Origin: Nitrospirae bacterium JdFR-81
GTDB lineage: Bacteria; Nitrospirota; Thermodesulfovibrionia; UBA6902
DNA: 64,000 bases
Assembly (NCBI GenBank): GCA_002011735.1
Contig: MTOQ01000012.1
Coordinates: 2,259 to 66,258 of the forward strand
Direction of reading: 5' to 3'
Shown piece by piece: positions 10,693-22,057 of this stretch (position 1 is its first letter; each line of letters opens with the position of its first letter). The notes below the pieces were generated by a model. That model searched no databases and was not told the origin of the DNA. It worked only from the letters and a program-made list of their open reading frames with translations. A program made the translations under genes and the position numbers.

Positions 10693-11352
10693 TTATTGGT
10701 TTTTGGCTGCACCATCAAGGATCTCACATATCCTGTTAAATATCTCCTCTATACTCCCCCTTCCATCCACAGACCTGAGTATCCCTTTTGCCTTATAATA
10801 ATCAATAAGTGGTGCTGTTGATCTCTGATAGACCTCAAGCCTGTTACGGATGGTCTCCTCCTTGTCGTCATCCCTCTGGTAGAGCTCTCCACCACACTTA
10901 TCACAGACCCCGTCCTTCTTGGGTGGTGAAAAATAGATATTATACATCTGCTGACAGTTCCTGCAAGTCCTCCTGCCCGTGAGCCTCTTCATGAGGTCAT
11001 CGAAAGGCACATCAACACTCAGTGCCACATCAAGGGGCATGTTGAGTTCATTCAACAGCTTATCAAGCTCCTCTGCCTGGGCGGTATTCCTGGGGAATCC
11101 ATCGAGTATATAGCCCTTTTTGCAGTCATCCTGCCCGAGCCTCTCCTTCACCAGCCCTATCACAACAGAGTCAGGGACGAGTTCGCCCCTGTCCATATAG
11201 GATTTTGCCTCTCTCCCAAGGGGCGTGCCATCTGCCACTGCCTTCCTCAGGATATCGCCTGTTGAGATCTGTGGAATCCCGTACTTCTCTATCAGTTTCT
11301 TTGCCTGCGTACCCTTACCAGCGCCAGGTGCGCCTAACAAGACAAGCCTCAT
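10693..11352 (-). CDS. adk: Adenylate kinase with a Zn-binding LID
   Basis: P-loop GAPGAGKGTQA, a LID with CRNC...CDKCG (Cys4), 219 aa. It ends 28 nt upstream of sat on the same strand. Confidence 0.9.
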   Translation of the reverse strand: MRLVLLGAPGAGKGTQAKKLIEKYGIPQISTGDILRKAVADGTPLGREAKSYMDRGELVPDSVVIGLVKERLGQDDCKKGYILDGFPRNTAQAEELDKLLNELNMPLDVALSVDVPFDDLMKRLTGRRTCRNCQQMYNIYFSPPKKDGVCDKCGGELYQRDDDKEETIRNRLEVYQRSTAPLIDYYKAKGILRSVDGRGSIEEIFNRICEILDGAAKNQ

Positions 11353-11449
11353 CCTTCCCCCCTGTCTTAAGTTTTAAGGATAAAACCCTGATTTAAAGGG
11401 CCTCTTCTGCCTGAAGCAGATAAAACCTTCCCTTGAAAAAACGAATAAT

Positions 11450-11479
11450 ATAATATGAAAGAATCGGCTATAGAGTCAA
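11450..11479 (-). promoter_or_regulatory. Candidate sigma70-type promoter for adk (and possibly sat-aprBA-qmo)
   Basis: On the minus strand: TTGACT (11479..11474), an 18-nt spacer, then TATTAT (11455..11450). It lies in an AT-rich 172-bp intergenic region about 100 nt upstream of the adk ATG. Called by eye only. Confidence 0.3.
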
Positions 11480-11524
11480 TATAAAAATTTAAATTAATTT
11501 ATAATATTTCCTTATAAAACACCC

Positions 11525-13318
11525 TTACTCACCGATATCAAGCCTTAGGCCCAATTCCCTGAGCTGTCTCTCCTCAACGGTTGATGGTGCATTACTCAGG
11601 AGGCACACCGCCTTCTGCGTCTTTGGAAAGGCGATGACATCCCTTATTGATGGGGCGCCGGCCATTATCATCACAAGCCTGTCAAGGCCAAGGGCGATAC
11701 CACCGTGTGGTGGTGCACCGTATTGAAGGGCATCAAGCAGGAACCCAAACTTTGCCTCGGCCTCCTCGGGCGGTATGCCGAGGAGCTCAAACATCCTGTT
11801 CTGGACATCCCTCTTATGTATCCTGATACTCCCACCACCGATCTCATAGCCGTTTAAGACGATATCGTAGGCCTGCGACTTTATGGTGGATATTGCGGAT
11901 TGCGGATCGTGGATCGCTGATCTCTCTATATTAGAAAACAACTCCATATCGGCATCGGCAGGTGAGGTGAATGGATGGTGCATGGCCTGGAACCTCTCCT
12001 CCTCATCATTCCACTCAAAGAGGGGATAATCCACCACCCACAGGAATCTGAACATTCCCTCCTTTATAAGGTCGAGCCGCCCTGCAAGCTCATCCCTCAA
12101 CCTTGACATTGAGCCATTCACCACATCCTCACTGTCTGCAACAAAGAGGAGGAGGTCACCATCCTCTGCCTCCAGCCTCTCGGCAAGTGCCTCCAGCGTC
12201 TGCTGTGGGAAGAACTTTGCTATCGGTGACTCAAAACCCTCCTTCACCTTTATCCATGCAAGGCCCTTTGCCCCAAAGCCCTGAACCTGCCTGGTCAGGT
12301 CGTCAAGCTCCTTCCTTGAGTAACGGGCAAGACCCTTTGCGTTTATACCCTTTACAATCCCTCCCTCTGAGAGGGTGTCGAGAAAGACCCTGAAGGATGA
12401 GTCCTTCACTATATCGCTGACCTCCCGCAGCTCCAGGGAAAACCTGAGGTCAGGTTTATCGGTCCCGAACCTCCCCATCGCCTCTTCATAGCTCAGCCTC
12501 TCAAAGGGTATATCCACCTCCACATCCAGGACATCCCTGAAGAGCCTCCTCATCATCTCCTCTACAATGGCGATCACATCATCACTGGTCACAAAGGACA
12601 TTTCAAGGTCTATCTGGGTAAACTCGGGCTGTCTGTCTGCCCTGAGGTCTTCATCCCTGAAGCACTTCACTATCTGATAATACCTCTCCACCCCTGAAAC
12701 CATGAGTATCTGCTTAAAGAGCTGCGGTGACTGGGGCAGGGCATAGAAGTGTCCTGGGTTGAGCCTGCTCGGGACGAGATAGTCCCTGGCACCCTCAGGG
12801 GTACTCTTTGTAAGCACAGGTGTCTCTATCTCCAGAAATCCCTTTGAGTCAAGGAAATCCCTTACAGACTTCGTCGCCCTGTGCCTGAGGATCATATTCC
12901 TCATAATGGATGGCCTCCTGAGATCAAGGTATCTATGCCTGAACCTCAGGAACTCGGATGCCTCTATGTTATCCTCGATTGCAAACGGAAGGGGTCTGCA
13001 TTCATTAAGGACACGGAGTTCTCTGGCCACCACCTCCACACTCCCTGTGGGTATGGAGGGGTTCTCGGTGCCTTCAGGCCTCCTCCTGACCTCTCCCTTT
13101 ATATAGAGCACATATTCACTCCTTATCCTGTGTGCCTGCTCGTGGATCTCGGGGTCGACCTCGGGGCTGAAGACCACTTGGACCACACCGCTCCTGTCCC
13201 TGAGATCAATGAACACCACACCCCCGTGGTCACGCCACCTGCCTGCCCAGCCACACAGAGAGATGGTGGAGCCTATATCGCTCTCCCTTATCTCACCACA
13301 ACCCTTATCCTTTAACAT
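11525..13318 (-). CDS. aspS: Aspartyl-tRNA synthetase
   Basis: 597 aa. It has the N-terminal anticodon-binding OB fold ([24 protein letters not shown]), class II motifs ([26 protein letters not shown]) and a GAD insertion. Confidence 0.9.
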   Translation of the reverse strand: MLKDKGCGEIRESDIGSTISLCGWAGRWRDHGGVVFIDLRDRSGVVQVVFSPEVDPEIHEQAHRIRSEYVLYIKGEVRRRPEGTENPSIPTGSVEVVARELRVLNECRPLPFAIEDNIEASEFLRFRHRYLDLRRPSIMRNMILRHRATKSVRDFLDSKGFLEIETPVLTKSTPEGARDYLVPSRLNPGHFYALPQSPQLFKQILMVSGVERYYQIVKCFRDEDLRADRQPEFTQIDLEMSFVTSDDVIAIVEEMMRRLFRDVLDVEVDIPFERLSYEEAMGRFGTDKPDLRFSLELREVSDIVKDSSFRVFLDTLSEGGIVKGINAKGLARYSRKELDDLTRQVQGFGAKGLAWIKVKEGFESPIAKFFPQQTLEALAERLEAEDGDLLLFVADSEDVVNGSMSRLRDELAGRLDLIKEGMFRFLWVVDYPLFEWNDEEERFQAMHHPFTSPADADMELFSNIERSAIHDPQSAISTIKSQAYDIVLNGYEIGGGSIRIHKRDVQNRMFELLGIPPEEAEAKFGFLLDALQYGAPPHGGIALGLDRLVMIMAGAPSIRDVIAFPKTQKAVCLLSNAPSTVEERQLRELGLRLDIGE

Positions 13319-14039
13319 GTCCTCCCATCACCTCTCTCTTGAGCCTCTTCACCTCATCTGGTGTGAGGTATCGGAAGTTACCAGGTGGCAGGTCACCCAG
13401 CTCTATACCGTCAATCCTTATCCTCTTCAACTTTATAACAGGATGACCGATCCTCTCGAACATCCTCCTCACCTGCCTCTTCCTGCCCTCGTGTATCGTC
13501 ACCTCAAACCATGAATTTGCCCTTGTCTTCTTTATCAGCCTCACCTTTGCCGGTGCCGTCACACCATCCTTGAGCCTTATGCCCTTCTGGAGTTTCGTTA
13601 TCTCCTCATCCTCTAAGAACCCATCAACCTTTACATGGTATGTCTTTGGTATCCTGTGGGATGGATGCAGTATGGCACTCGCAAGGTCACCATCGTTTGT
13701 AAGGATCAGCAGGCCCTCTGAGTTATAATCGAGCCTTCCCACAGGATATACCCTCACCTTCACCCTCTTCAGAAAGTCCTTGATCGTTGGCCTCCCCTGG
13801 GGATCATGGAGTGATGTGATACATCCCCTTGGTTTATTAAATATGAGGTAAACCTTTGGTTCCACCCCCCTTATGAGCTTACCATCAACCTTTATATGAT
13901 CCTTTGTGATATCGGCCTTCATCCCGAGTGTTGCGACCTTTCCGTTGACCGTCACCCTTCCCTCAAGTATCATCTCTTCTGCCTTTCTCCTTGATGCGAT
14001 CCCGCACCTTGAAAGGATCTTCTGGAGCCTCTCCTGCAT
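13305..14039 (-). CDS. rluB: Pseudouridine synthase, RsuA/RluB family (S4 domain plus catalytic domain)
   Basis: S4 RNA-binding N-terminus ([33 protein letters not shown]) and the catalytic Asp motif ([17 protein letters not shown]). The track ORF extends to 14207, but the conserved N-terminus starts at the ATG at 14039. Confidence 0.8.
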   Translation of the reverse strand: MQERLQKILSRCGIASRRKAEEMILEGRVTVNGKVATLGMKADITKDHIKVDGKLIRGVEPKVYLIFNKPRGCITSLHDPQGRPTIKDFLKRVKVRVYPVGRLDYNSEGLLILTNDGDLASAILHPSHRIPKTYHVKVDGFLEDEEITKLQKGIRLKDGVTAPAKVRLIKKTRANSWFEVTIHEGRKRQVRRMFERIGHPVIKLKRIRIDGIELGDLPPGNFRYLTPDEVKRLKREVMGGHVKG

Positions 14040-14186
14040 AAGTCTCGGGCTTTGAAGCCTTGAATCCTGAGCTGTTATAGTGCCATATATTATCACAAAT
14101 CCCTTTTCTTTGCATATCTCCCAAGGAAAAACAGGGGTTGTATGAAATGCCTTTGGTAATTTATCCCTTGAGTATGTTATATTTGG

Positions 14187-14948
14187 ATGATGCCCTATAG
14201 TACCCATGTAATAAGGCTCTTGGAGAAGATAGAACCCTCACTCAGGGAGGTGTTGATAGCGATCCTGGATGAGATAGAGAGGCAGAGGGAGGAGACCATA
14301 ACAAGGAGGGAGTTTCGGGAATTTGTAAGACATACAGATGAAAACTTCAAGGAGGTCTGGAAGGCTATAAGGGAGCTTACAGAGGCCCAGAAAAGGACTG
14401 AAGAACGAATGGAAGAGCTTACAGAAGCCCAGAAAAGAACCGAAGAACGAATGGAAGAACTTACAGAGGCCCAAAGAAAAACCGAGGAGGAGCTAAAAGA
14501 GCTCGTCTCCGAACATGGCAAGACCAGAGACATTGTTGCAGGGCTCTCAGATACTGTCGGATACACCTTGGAAGATAGAATATTCCCCTATATAAGGGAG
14601 TTCGCAAAAAAGGAATACGGGGTAAAGGTGGAGGTGCTGGACAGAAGGAATATACTCTATCCTGATGGCAGGTTTGACGAGGTAAACATATATATAGAGG
14701 GTCGTAAGAACGGCAAGAAGGTATATCTGATAGGTGAATGCAAGGCAAGGCCTGGAAGAAGGGAGATATCAAGATTCTCAAAGATGCTCAAGAGGGTAAA
14801 GGAACACCTTGGCGCAGAGGTAGAGGGCTTTATAGTTGGCTATTACTATTCACCTGCTATTGAAAAATACCTGAGAGAAAGGCACCCTGAGATAAAGGCG
14901 ATGAAGAGCTTTGAATTCGAACTCCGATACAGCCGTAGGGTGCCATGA
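14187..14948 (+). CDS. Hypothetical protein with an N-terminal helix, a coiled coil carrying 3 tandem 14-aa repeats, and a PD-(D/E)xK-like C-terminal domain (DUF3782-like)
   Basis: 253 aa. The repeat ELTEAQKRTEERME occurs 3 times. The C-terminal block YPDGRFDEVNIYIEGRKNGKKVYLIGECKARP fits a PD...ExK nuclease-fold signature. It is the only plus-strand gene in a long minus-strand run. Confidence 0.6.
   Translation: MMPYSTHVIRLLEKIEPSLREVLIAILDEIERQREETITRREFREFVRHTDENFKEVWKAIRELTEAQKRTEERMEELTEAQKRTEERMEELTEAQRKTEEELKELVSEHGKTRDIVAGLSDTVGYTLEDRIFPYIREFAKKEYGVKVEVLDRRNILYPDGRFDEVNIYIEGRKNGKKVYLIGECKARPGRREISRFSKMLKRVKEHLGAEVEGFIVGYYYSPAIEKYLRERHPEIKAMKSFEFELRYSRRVP
14373..14498 (+). repeat. Three tandem copies of a 42-bp unit (copies 1-2 nearly identical, copy 3 diverged) inside the 14187..14948 CDS
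   Basis: The first two units, gagcttacagaRgcccagaaaagRacYgaagaacgaatggaa, repeat head to tail at 14373..14414 and 14415..14456. A third, degenerate unit occupies 14457..14498. Confidence 0.8.
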
Positions 14949-15021
14949 TCTCTCATCTCGCCCTAAAGGGTTCCCTTGCCTCCACATACCAAAGATCCTT
15001 AAGGCAGGATAGCCTGTTAAC

Positions 15022-15438
15022 TTAATATCCACTCTCGTATTTCTCTGATTCGCAGACCTCTTTGATCTGATCCTTTATCAGCCTGCCATCCTCCCAGACC
15101 CTCTCACGCACCTTGTGGCACTTTGTGTGGGCATTGTAATCGATGGGGTCTGCCCTGTAAACGCCCCTGCCATCGGTCGTCTTGTATACGACCGGCCTGC
15201 CTGTCTGCGCAGCCTCCCTTGATGCCTGCATGGAGATATCGGTCAGTGTCGCACCCAGCACACTCCCAAGGGCTGCTCCGATAACACCGCCACGCCATGG
15301 GTTCTTCCTGTCAAGGAGTGCTCCGGCCACACCCCCTATGGCACCACCAGCAGCGGCACCACGGGCATGATATTCAGTGCACCCATACAAGAGGGCAAGA
15401 AGGGAGAACAAGGTTATCAATGATGCTATCTTCTTCAT
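15022..15438 (-). CDS. Lipoprotein with a glycine-zipper (GxxxG-rich) segment
   Basis: Signal peptide with lipobox LLYGC, followed by a GAAAGGAIGGVAGALL...GGVIGAALGSVLGA glycine-zipper region. 138 aa. Confidence 0.6.
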   Translation of the reverse strand: MKKIASLITLFSLLALLYGCTEYHARGAAAGGAIGGVAGALLDRKNPWRGGVIGAALGSVLGATLTDISMQASREAAQTGRPVVYKTTDGRGVYRADPIDYNAHTKCHKVRERVWEDGRLIKDQIKEVCESEKYESGY

Positions 15439-15494
15439 GTCCCCTCCTTTCTTTTGATCAATCTTTATTTATTATAACATTTATACCCACTATT

Positions 15495-17033
15495 TTATTC
15501 CCACTCGATCGTGCTCGGTGGCTTTGAGCTTATGTCATAGACCACCCTGTTCACACCCTCCACCTCATTGATGATCCTGTTGGATATGGTGCCCATGACA
15601 TCATAGGGCAGCCTTGCCCAGTCCGCGGTCATACCATCAACGCTCTTCACTGCCCTGATGGCTATCACATGCTCATATGTCCTCTCATCACCCATAACAC
15701 CCACGGTCTTTATGGGTAGCAGCACTGCAAAGGCCTGCCAGAGCTCATTATAAAGACCTGCCCTCTTTATCTCCTCAAGGACTATGGCGTCTGCCTTCCT
15801 GAGTATATCACACCGCTCGGGCGTCACCTCACCGATGATCCTTATGGCAAGACCTGGGCCAGGGAACGGATGCCTGTTTATGACCTCCTCAGGCATACCA
15901 AGCTCCCTCCCGAGCGCCCTCACCTCGTCCTTGAAGAGCTCCCTCAGTGGCTCGATCAACTGGAGGTTCATGTCCTTTAAAAGGCCTCCGACATTATGAT
16001 GGCTCTTTATGGTGGCAGAAGGGCCTTTAAAGGATGTGCTCTCTATTACATCAGGGTATAGCGTCCCCTGTGCCAGATACCTCACGCCCCTGATCTTCCT
16101 GGCCTCCTCCTCGAATATCCTTATAAACTCATTGCCGATGAGCTTCCTCTTTAATTCAGGGTCTGTGACCCCATTCAGCATCCTGAGGAACCTCTCCGAT
16201 GCATCAACGCATACTATATTCATGTGGAAGTGTCGCCTGAGGGTCCTCTCCACCTTCCTGGCCTCTCCTGTCCTGAGCACACCGTTGTCGACAAAGATGC
16301 ATGTGAGCTGTTGTCCTATGGCCCTGTGCACCAGAACCGCTGTGACAGCAGAATCCACCCCTCCACTGATCGCACACACCACCCTGTCCCTCCCCACCCT
16401 CTCCCTTATCTCATCAACCGTGGTCTCTATGAATGACCTCATGGTCCACAGGGGTCTGCACTTACAGATATTAAAGATGAAGTTCCTCAGCATATCCATC
16501 CCGTGCTCTGTGTGAACCACTTCAGGATGGAACTGGAAGGCAAATAGACCCCTCCTCTTATCTGCCATCGCTGCAATGGGTGAGTTATCGGTGTGGGCAA
16601 TGGATGCAAAGCCCTCAGGGCATCGGAGTATCCTGTCTCCATGGCTCATCCACACCACACTCTTCTGCCTTATCCCCTTGAATATACCTGCCCTCTCGTC
16701 AATCAACAGGGTGGCCCTACCATACTCCCTCTTCCTGCTCCTTGTGACCCTTCCACCAAGCATATGGGCCATCACCTGCATACCATAGCATATGCCGAGG
16801 ATGGGCACACCGAGTTCAAACACCCTCTTATCAGGCAGGGGTGCATCCCTGTCATATACACTGGATGGACCACCGGAGAGGATTATACCCTTCGGAGAGA
16901 ACCCCTTTATCCTCTCGATCGGGGCATTAAATGGAAATATCTCTGAATAGACCCTGTTCTCCCTGATACGCCTCGCTATAAGCTGGGTGTACTGGGAGCC
17001 AAAGTCAAGGACAAGGATACTCTCTTCGTGCAT
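15495..17033 (-). CDS. guaA: GMP synthase (glutamine-hydrolysing)
   Basis: 512 aa. The GATase domain carries ICYGMQ and the ATP-PPase loop is SGGVDSAV. The C-terminus ends in the conserved ...IEWE. Confidence 0.9.
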   Translation of the reverse strand: MHEESILVLDFGSQYTQLIARRIRENRVYSEIFPFNAPIERIKGFSPKGIILSGGPSSVYDRDAPLPDKRVFELGVPILGICYGMQVMAHMLGGRVTRSRKREYGRATLLIDERAGIFKGIRQKSVVWMSHGDRILRCPEGFASIAHTDNSPIAAMADKRRGLFAFQFHPEVVHTEHGMDMLRNFIFNICKCRPLWTMRSFIETTVDEIRERVGRDRVVCAISGGVDSAVTAVLVHRAIGQQLTCIFVDNGVLRTGEARKVERTLRRHFHMNIVCVDASERFLRMLNGVTDPELKRKLIGNEFIRIFEEEARKIRGVRYLAQGTLYPDVIESTSFKGPSATIKSHHNVGGLLKDMNLQLIEPLRELFKDEVRALGRELGMPEEVINRHPFPGPGLAIRIIGEVTPERCDILRKADAIVLEEIKRAGLYNELWQAFAVLLPIKTVGVMGDERTYEHVIAIRAVKSVDGMTADWARLPYDVMGTISNRIINEVEGVNRVVYDISSKPPSTIEWE

Positions 17034-17043
17034 GATCTCTCGG

Positions 17044-19471
<2,428 letters not shown>

Positions 19472-19663
19472 GAGACCCTGAAAAACATCAGGAGATTGTA
19501 ATTATGCCACCTATCATATTTTTAATCAAGCACCAAGCAGGATCAGACAGGAAAAGATATTTGGTGTTATTATATAATAAATATCGCACTGAAACCGTCT
19601 CCCATGATTTATCCTTTGATGGTCCTTTTCTGACAGCCTTTCTGCCTTCAAGATTCAAGGATT

Positions 19664-21193
19664 ATGACCCTGAGACCACAGGACTCCCTGTCAGAAGAGG
19701 AGAGGGAGAAAGGGCTGGGATATGTGATAAAGGACGGCCTGAGCTCTCAGGCCATGTCCACCCTGACAGGCGGTGTCTTCCTCGTTGCACTTGCGCTCTC
19801 ACTGGGTGCCTCCAATAAGACGATAGGACTGCTTGCCTCGATACCACCATTTATGACCTCCTTCAGATACATCCATATTCTTTGTAGAGAGAATCAGGAA
19901 CAGGAAGCTCCTCACGATAATATTCTCGGCTATAAGCAGGACATTCCTCCTGTGCATTGCTATATTCTCCGTCTTCTCACCTCCCCGTGTCGCACTCCGT
20001 ATGCTCGTGGTATTTATACTCTTTCACATGGCATTCGCCGCTGTATCAGGCTGTAGCTGGAACTCATGGATGAGAGACCTCATCCCTGATGAGAGGCTCG
20101 GGCAATTCTATTCAAAGAGGATGAGGCTCCAGACCCTTGTGGGGATAGTACTGAGCCTGCTCGCAGGATGGTTCATCGACTACTGGAAGGGCCTCCTTCC
20201 ACAGGAGGAGCTCTATGCGTATGCCCTCCTCTTCCTCATTGGTGGGATTATAGGCATCATAGGAGTCCACTACATATCCTCCATACCAGAGCCTGAGATG
20301 CCGTCACCTGAGAAGGGCCATGGCCTTTTCGGCATCCTCCTGTCTCCGGTTAAAAACCAGAATTTCAAAAACCTCCTGGTATTCCTTGGCTCCTGGAACT
20401 TTGCTGTCAACCTCGCCTCTCCCTTCTTCACCGTATATATGTTGAAGAAGCTGAACCTCACCATGTCCAATGTGGTCTTCCTGACCGTGTTGAGCCAGAT
20501 TGCAAACTTTACATTTCTGAGGATATGGGGGAGGTTCACAGACCGTTACAGTAACAAGTCGGTCCTGCGCATCAGTGGGCCACTCTTCATGCTCTCTGTC
20601 CTTGCTGGACATTCACCACAATGCCAGAGAGGCATGTATTAACCATACCCCTCCTGATAGGGATCCACATCTTCACGGGCATCTCTACTGCTGGGATCAC
20701 CCTTGCCCAGGGCAACATCGGGCTCAAACTCGCCCCAAGGGGAGAGGCAACGGCCTATCTTGCCTCAATAAGTGTCGTCAACTCCGTTATGGCAGGCATA
20801 GCGCCACTCATCGGTGGTGCCCTTGCAGACTACCTCTCCAAATACGAACTCTCTATGATCCTCAAATGGAAGACGCCACTCAGGGAGATCCTCATCCCAA
20901 CGCTTTATATAGAAGGATGGGATTTCTTCTTCCTGTTTGCATTCCTTATAGGAATGTATTCCACCTACAGGCTCTCCCGTGTCACCGAGGAGGGTGAGGT
21001 CAGGGATAGGGTTGTAATCGATGCCCTTGTCTCCGAGGTGATAAAGAACATGCGGAACCTGAGCACAGCAGGCGGCCTCTATCAGGTCTTCTTCTCACCC
21101 GTCACCCTGCTCGGCCATCCTCTGAGAAGGCTCCTTAAGAGGATCAATGACACCAGGGAGAATAACGGCAGACACAAGGGTGGAGGACCATGA
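19664..21193 (+). pseudogene. MFS-type transporter interrupted by two frameshifts (or sequencing errors)
   Basis: Three consecutive plus-strand ORFs in frames 2, 0 and 2 (19664..20056, 20001..20642, 20621..21193). Each encodes runs of TM helices. My hand translation shows the frame-0 reading frame opening at 19857, where the frame-2 ORF loses its hydrophobic character. The combined length, about 510 aa, is typical of an MFS protein. Confidence 0.45.
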
Positions 21194-21205
21194 ACAGACC
21201 ATCCC

Positions 21206-21946
21206 CTATGAGATAAGCTGCCTCTTCTTGAATGATGGGTTGAGACGTATGAGTTTATTATCGAGCACGGTTATCTCCCCCTCCTTCTGCCATCTGTCAA
21301 TGACCCTTGTGACGGTCTCCCTTGACATGCCTGTCATATCGGCCATATCCTGATGCGACAGCCTTATATTGAGCACGATACCGCCATCTGTCTCCCTGCC
21401 GTGCTCCTCTGAAAGCATAAAGAAGAGCATCCTCAACCTCTGGGTGGCATTATTAAAGGTCAACAGCTTGATGGTATCCCATGCAGTCCTCAACCTTGAA
21501 GACAATATCTGCAGGAGACTCTGAAGCACCTTGTGGTGTGAGAGTAGCATGGAGTAGAACTCCTTCCTGGAGATGATGGCCACCAGCGACTCCTCTGTCG
21601 CCACCACTGATGCAGGGGTTGTCTTGCCGTTGATCAGAGACATCTCACCGAAGAAGTCGCCTGTCTGGTGCATCGCAAGGATGACCTCTTTCCCCTCCCC
21701 TGTGGTCTTGATCACCTTGACCTTCCCCGAGAGGATTATGTACATAAACTGATTGGTATCCTCCTCATAGAGTATCGTCTCGTTCTTGCCATAGGATTTC
21801 ACAATCAGACCCTCATTTATCTGGCCCAGTTCCTCATCGGTCAGGGAGGAGAATAGCTGTATCTTTCTGAGGAGCTCTATCCTTCTCCTGTCTTCCATGC
21901 CTTTTATCAGACTATGCCCACATTTCTTTAATGGAAATTTAAACAT
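21206..21946 (-). CDS. Crp/Fnr family transcriptional regulator (cNMP-binding domain plus C-terminal HTH)
   Basis: cNMP-binding beta-roll (GDFFGEMSLING) and HTH (MTGMSRETVTRVIDRWQKEG). An alternative ATG start lies at 21898 (MEDRRRIELL...). Confidence 0.8.
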   Translation of the reverse strand: MFKFPLKKCGHSLIKGMEDRRRIELLRKIQLFSSLTDEELGQINEGLIVKSYGKNETILYEEDTNQFMYIILSGKVKVIKTTGEGKEVILAMHQTGDFFGEMSLINGKTTPASVVATEESLVAIISRKEFYSMLLSHHKVLQSLLQILSSRLRTAWDTIKLLTFNNATQRLRMLFFMLSEEHGRETDGGIVLNIRLSHQDMADMTGMSRETVTRVIDRWQKEGEITVLDNKLIRLNPSFKKRQLIS

Positions 21947-22057
21947 ATCATTTGAGAAATATCAACTTTTTATCAAGCCCGATTCAAATTATAAACAGGG
22001 CCTTTATAGAAATATAAAGGCGTTTCGTTTACAATTTAAGAAAACGGAGCCCTTGGC

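Noticed and set aside
11868-11925. Short direct micro-repeat (ggattgcggattgcggatcgtggatcgc) that looked like a possible repeat or mobile-element end
   Set aside because: It lies inside the conserved aspS coding frame (...[15 protein letters not shown]...). It is a few near-repeats of 6-8 nt only, consistent with chance.
14040-14207. N-terminal 56-aa extension of the pseudouridine synthase ORF
   Set aside because: The conserved S4-domain N-terminus starts at the internal ATG ([10 protein letters not shown]...). The extension has no homology character and would overlap the promoter region and start of the divergent 14187 gene.
19504-19818. 104-aa ORF upstream of or overlapping the MFS transporter start
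   Set aside because: It is in a third frame with respect to the frameshifted MFS gene. It has no RBS and no TM or other features. It is likely spurious.
21898-21946. Alternative shorter start (ATG at 21898, MEDRRRIELL...) for the Crp/Fnr regulator
   Set aside because: Both ATGs are in frame and neither has a strong RBS. I kept the longer ORF but flagged the uncertainty. N-terminal proteomics or ortholog alignment is needed.
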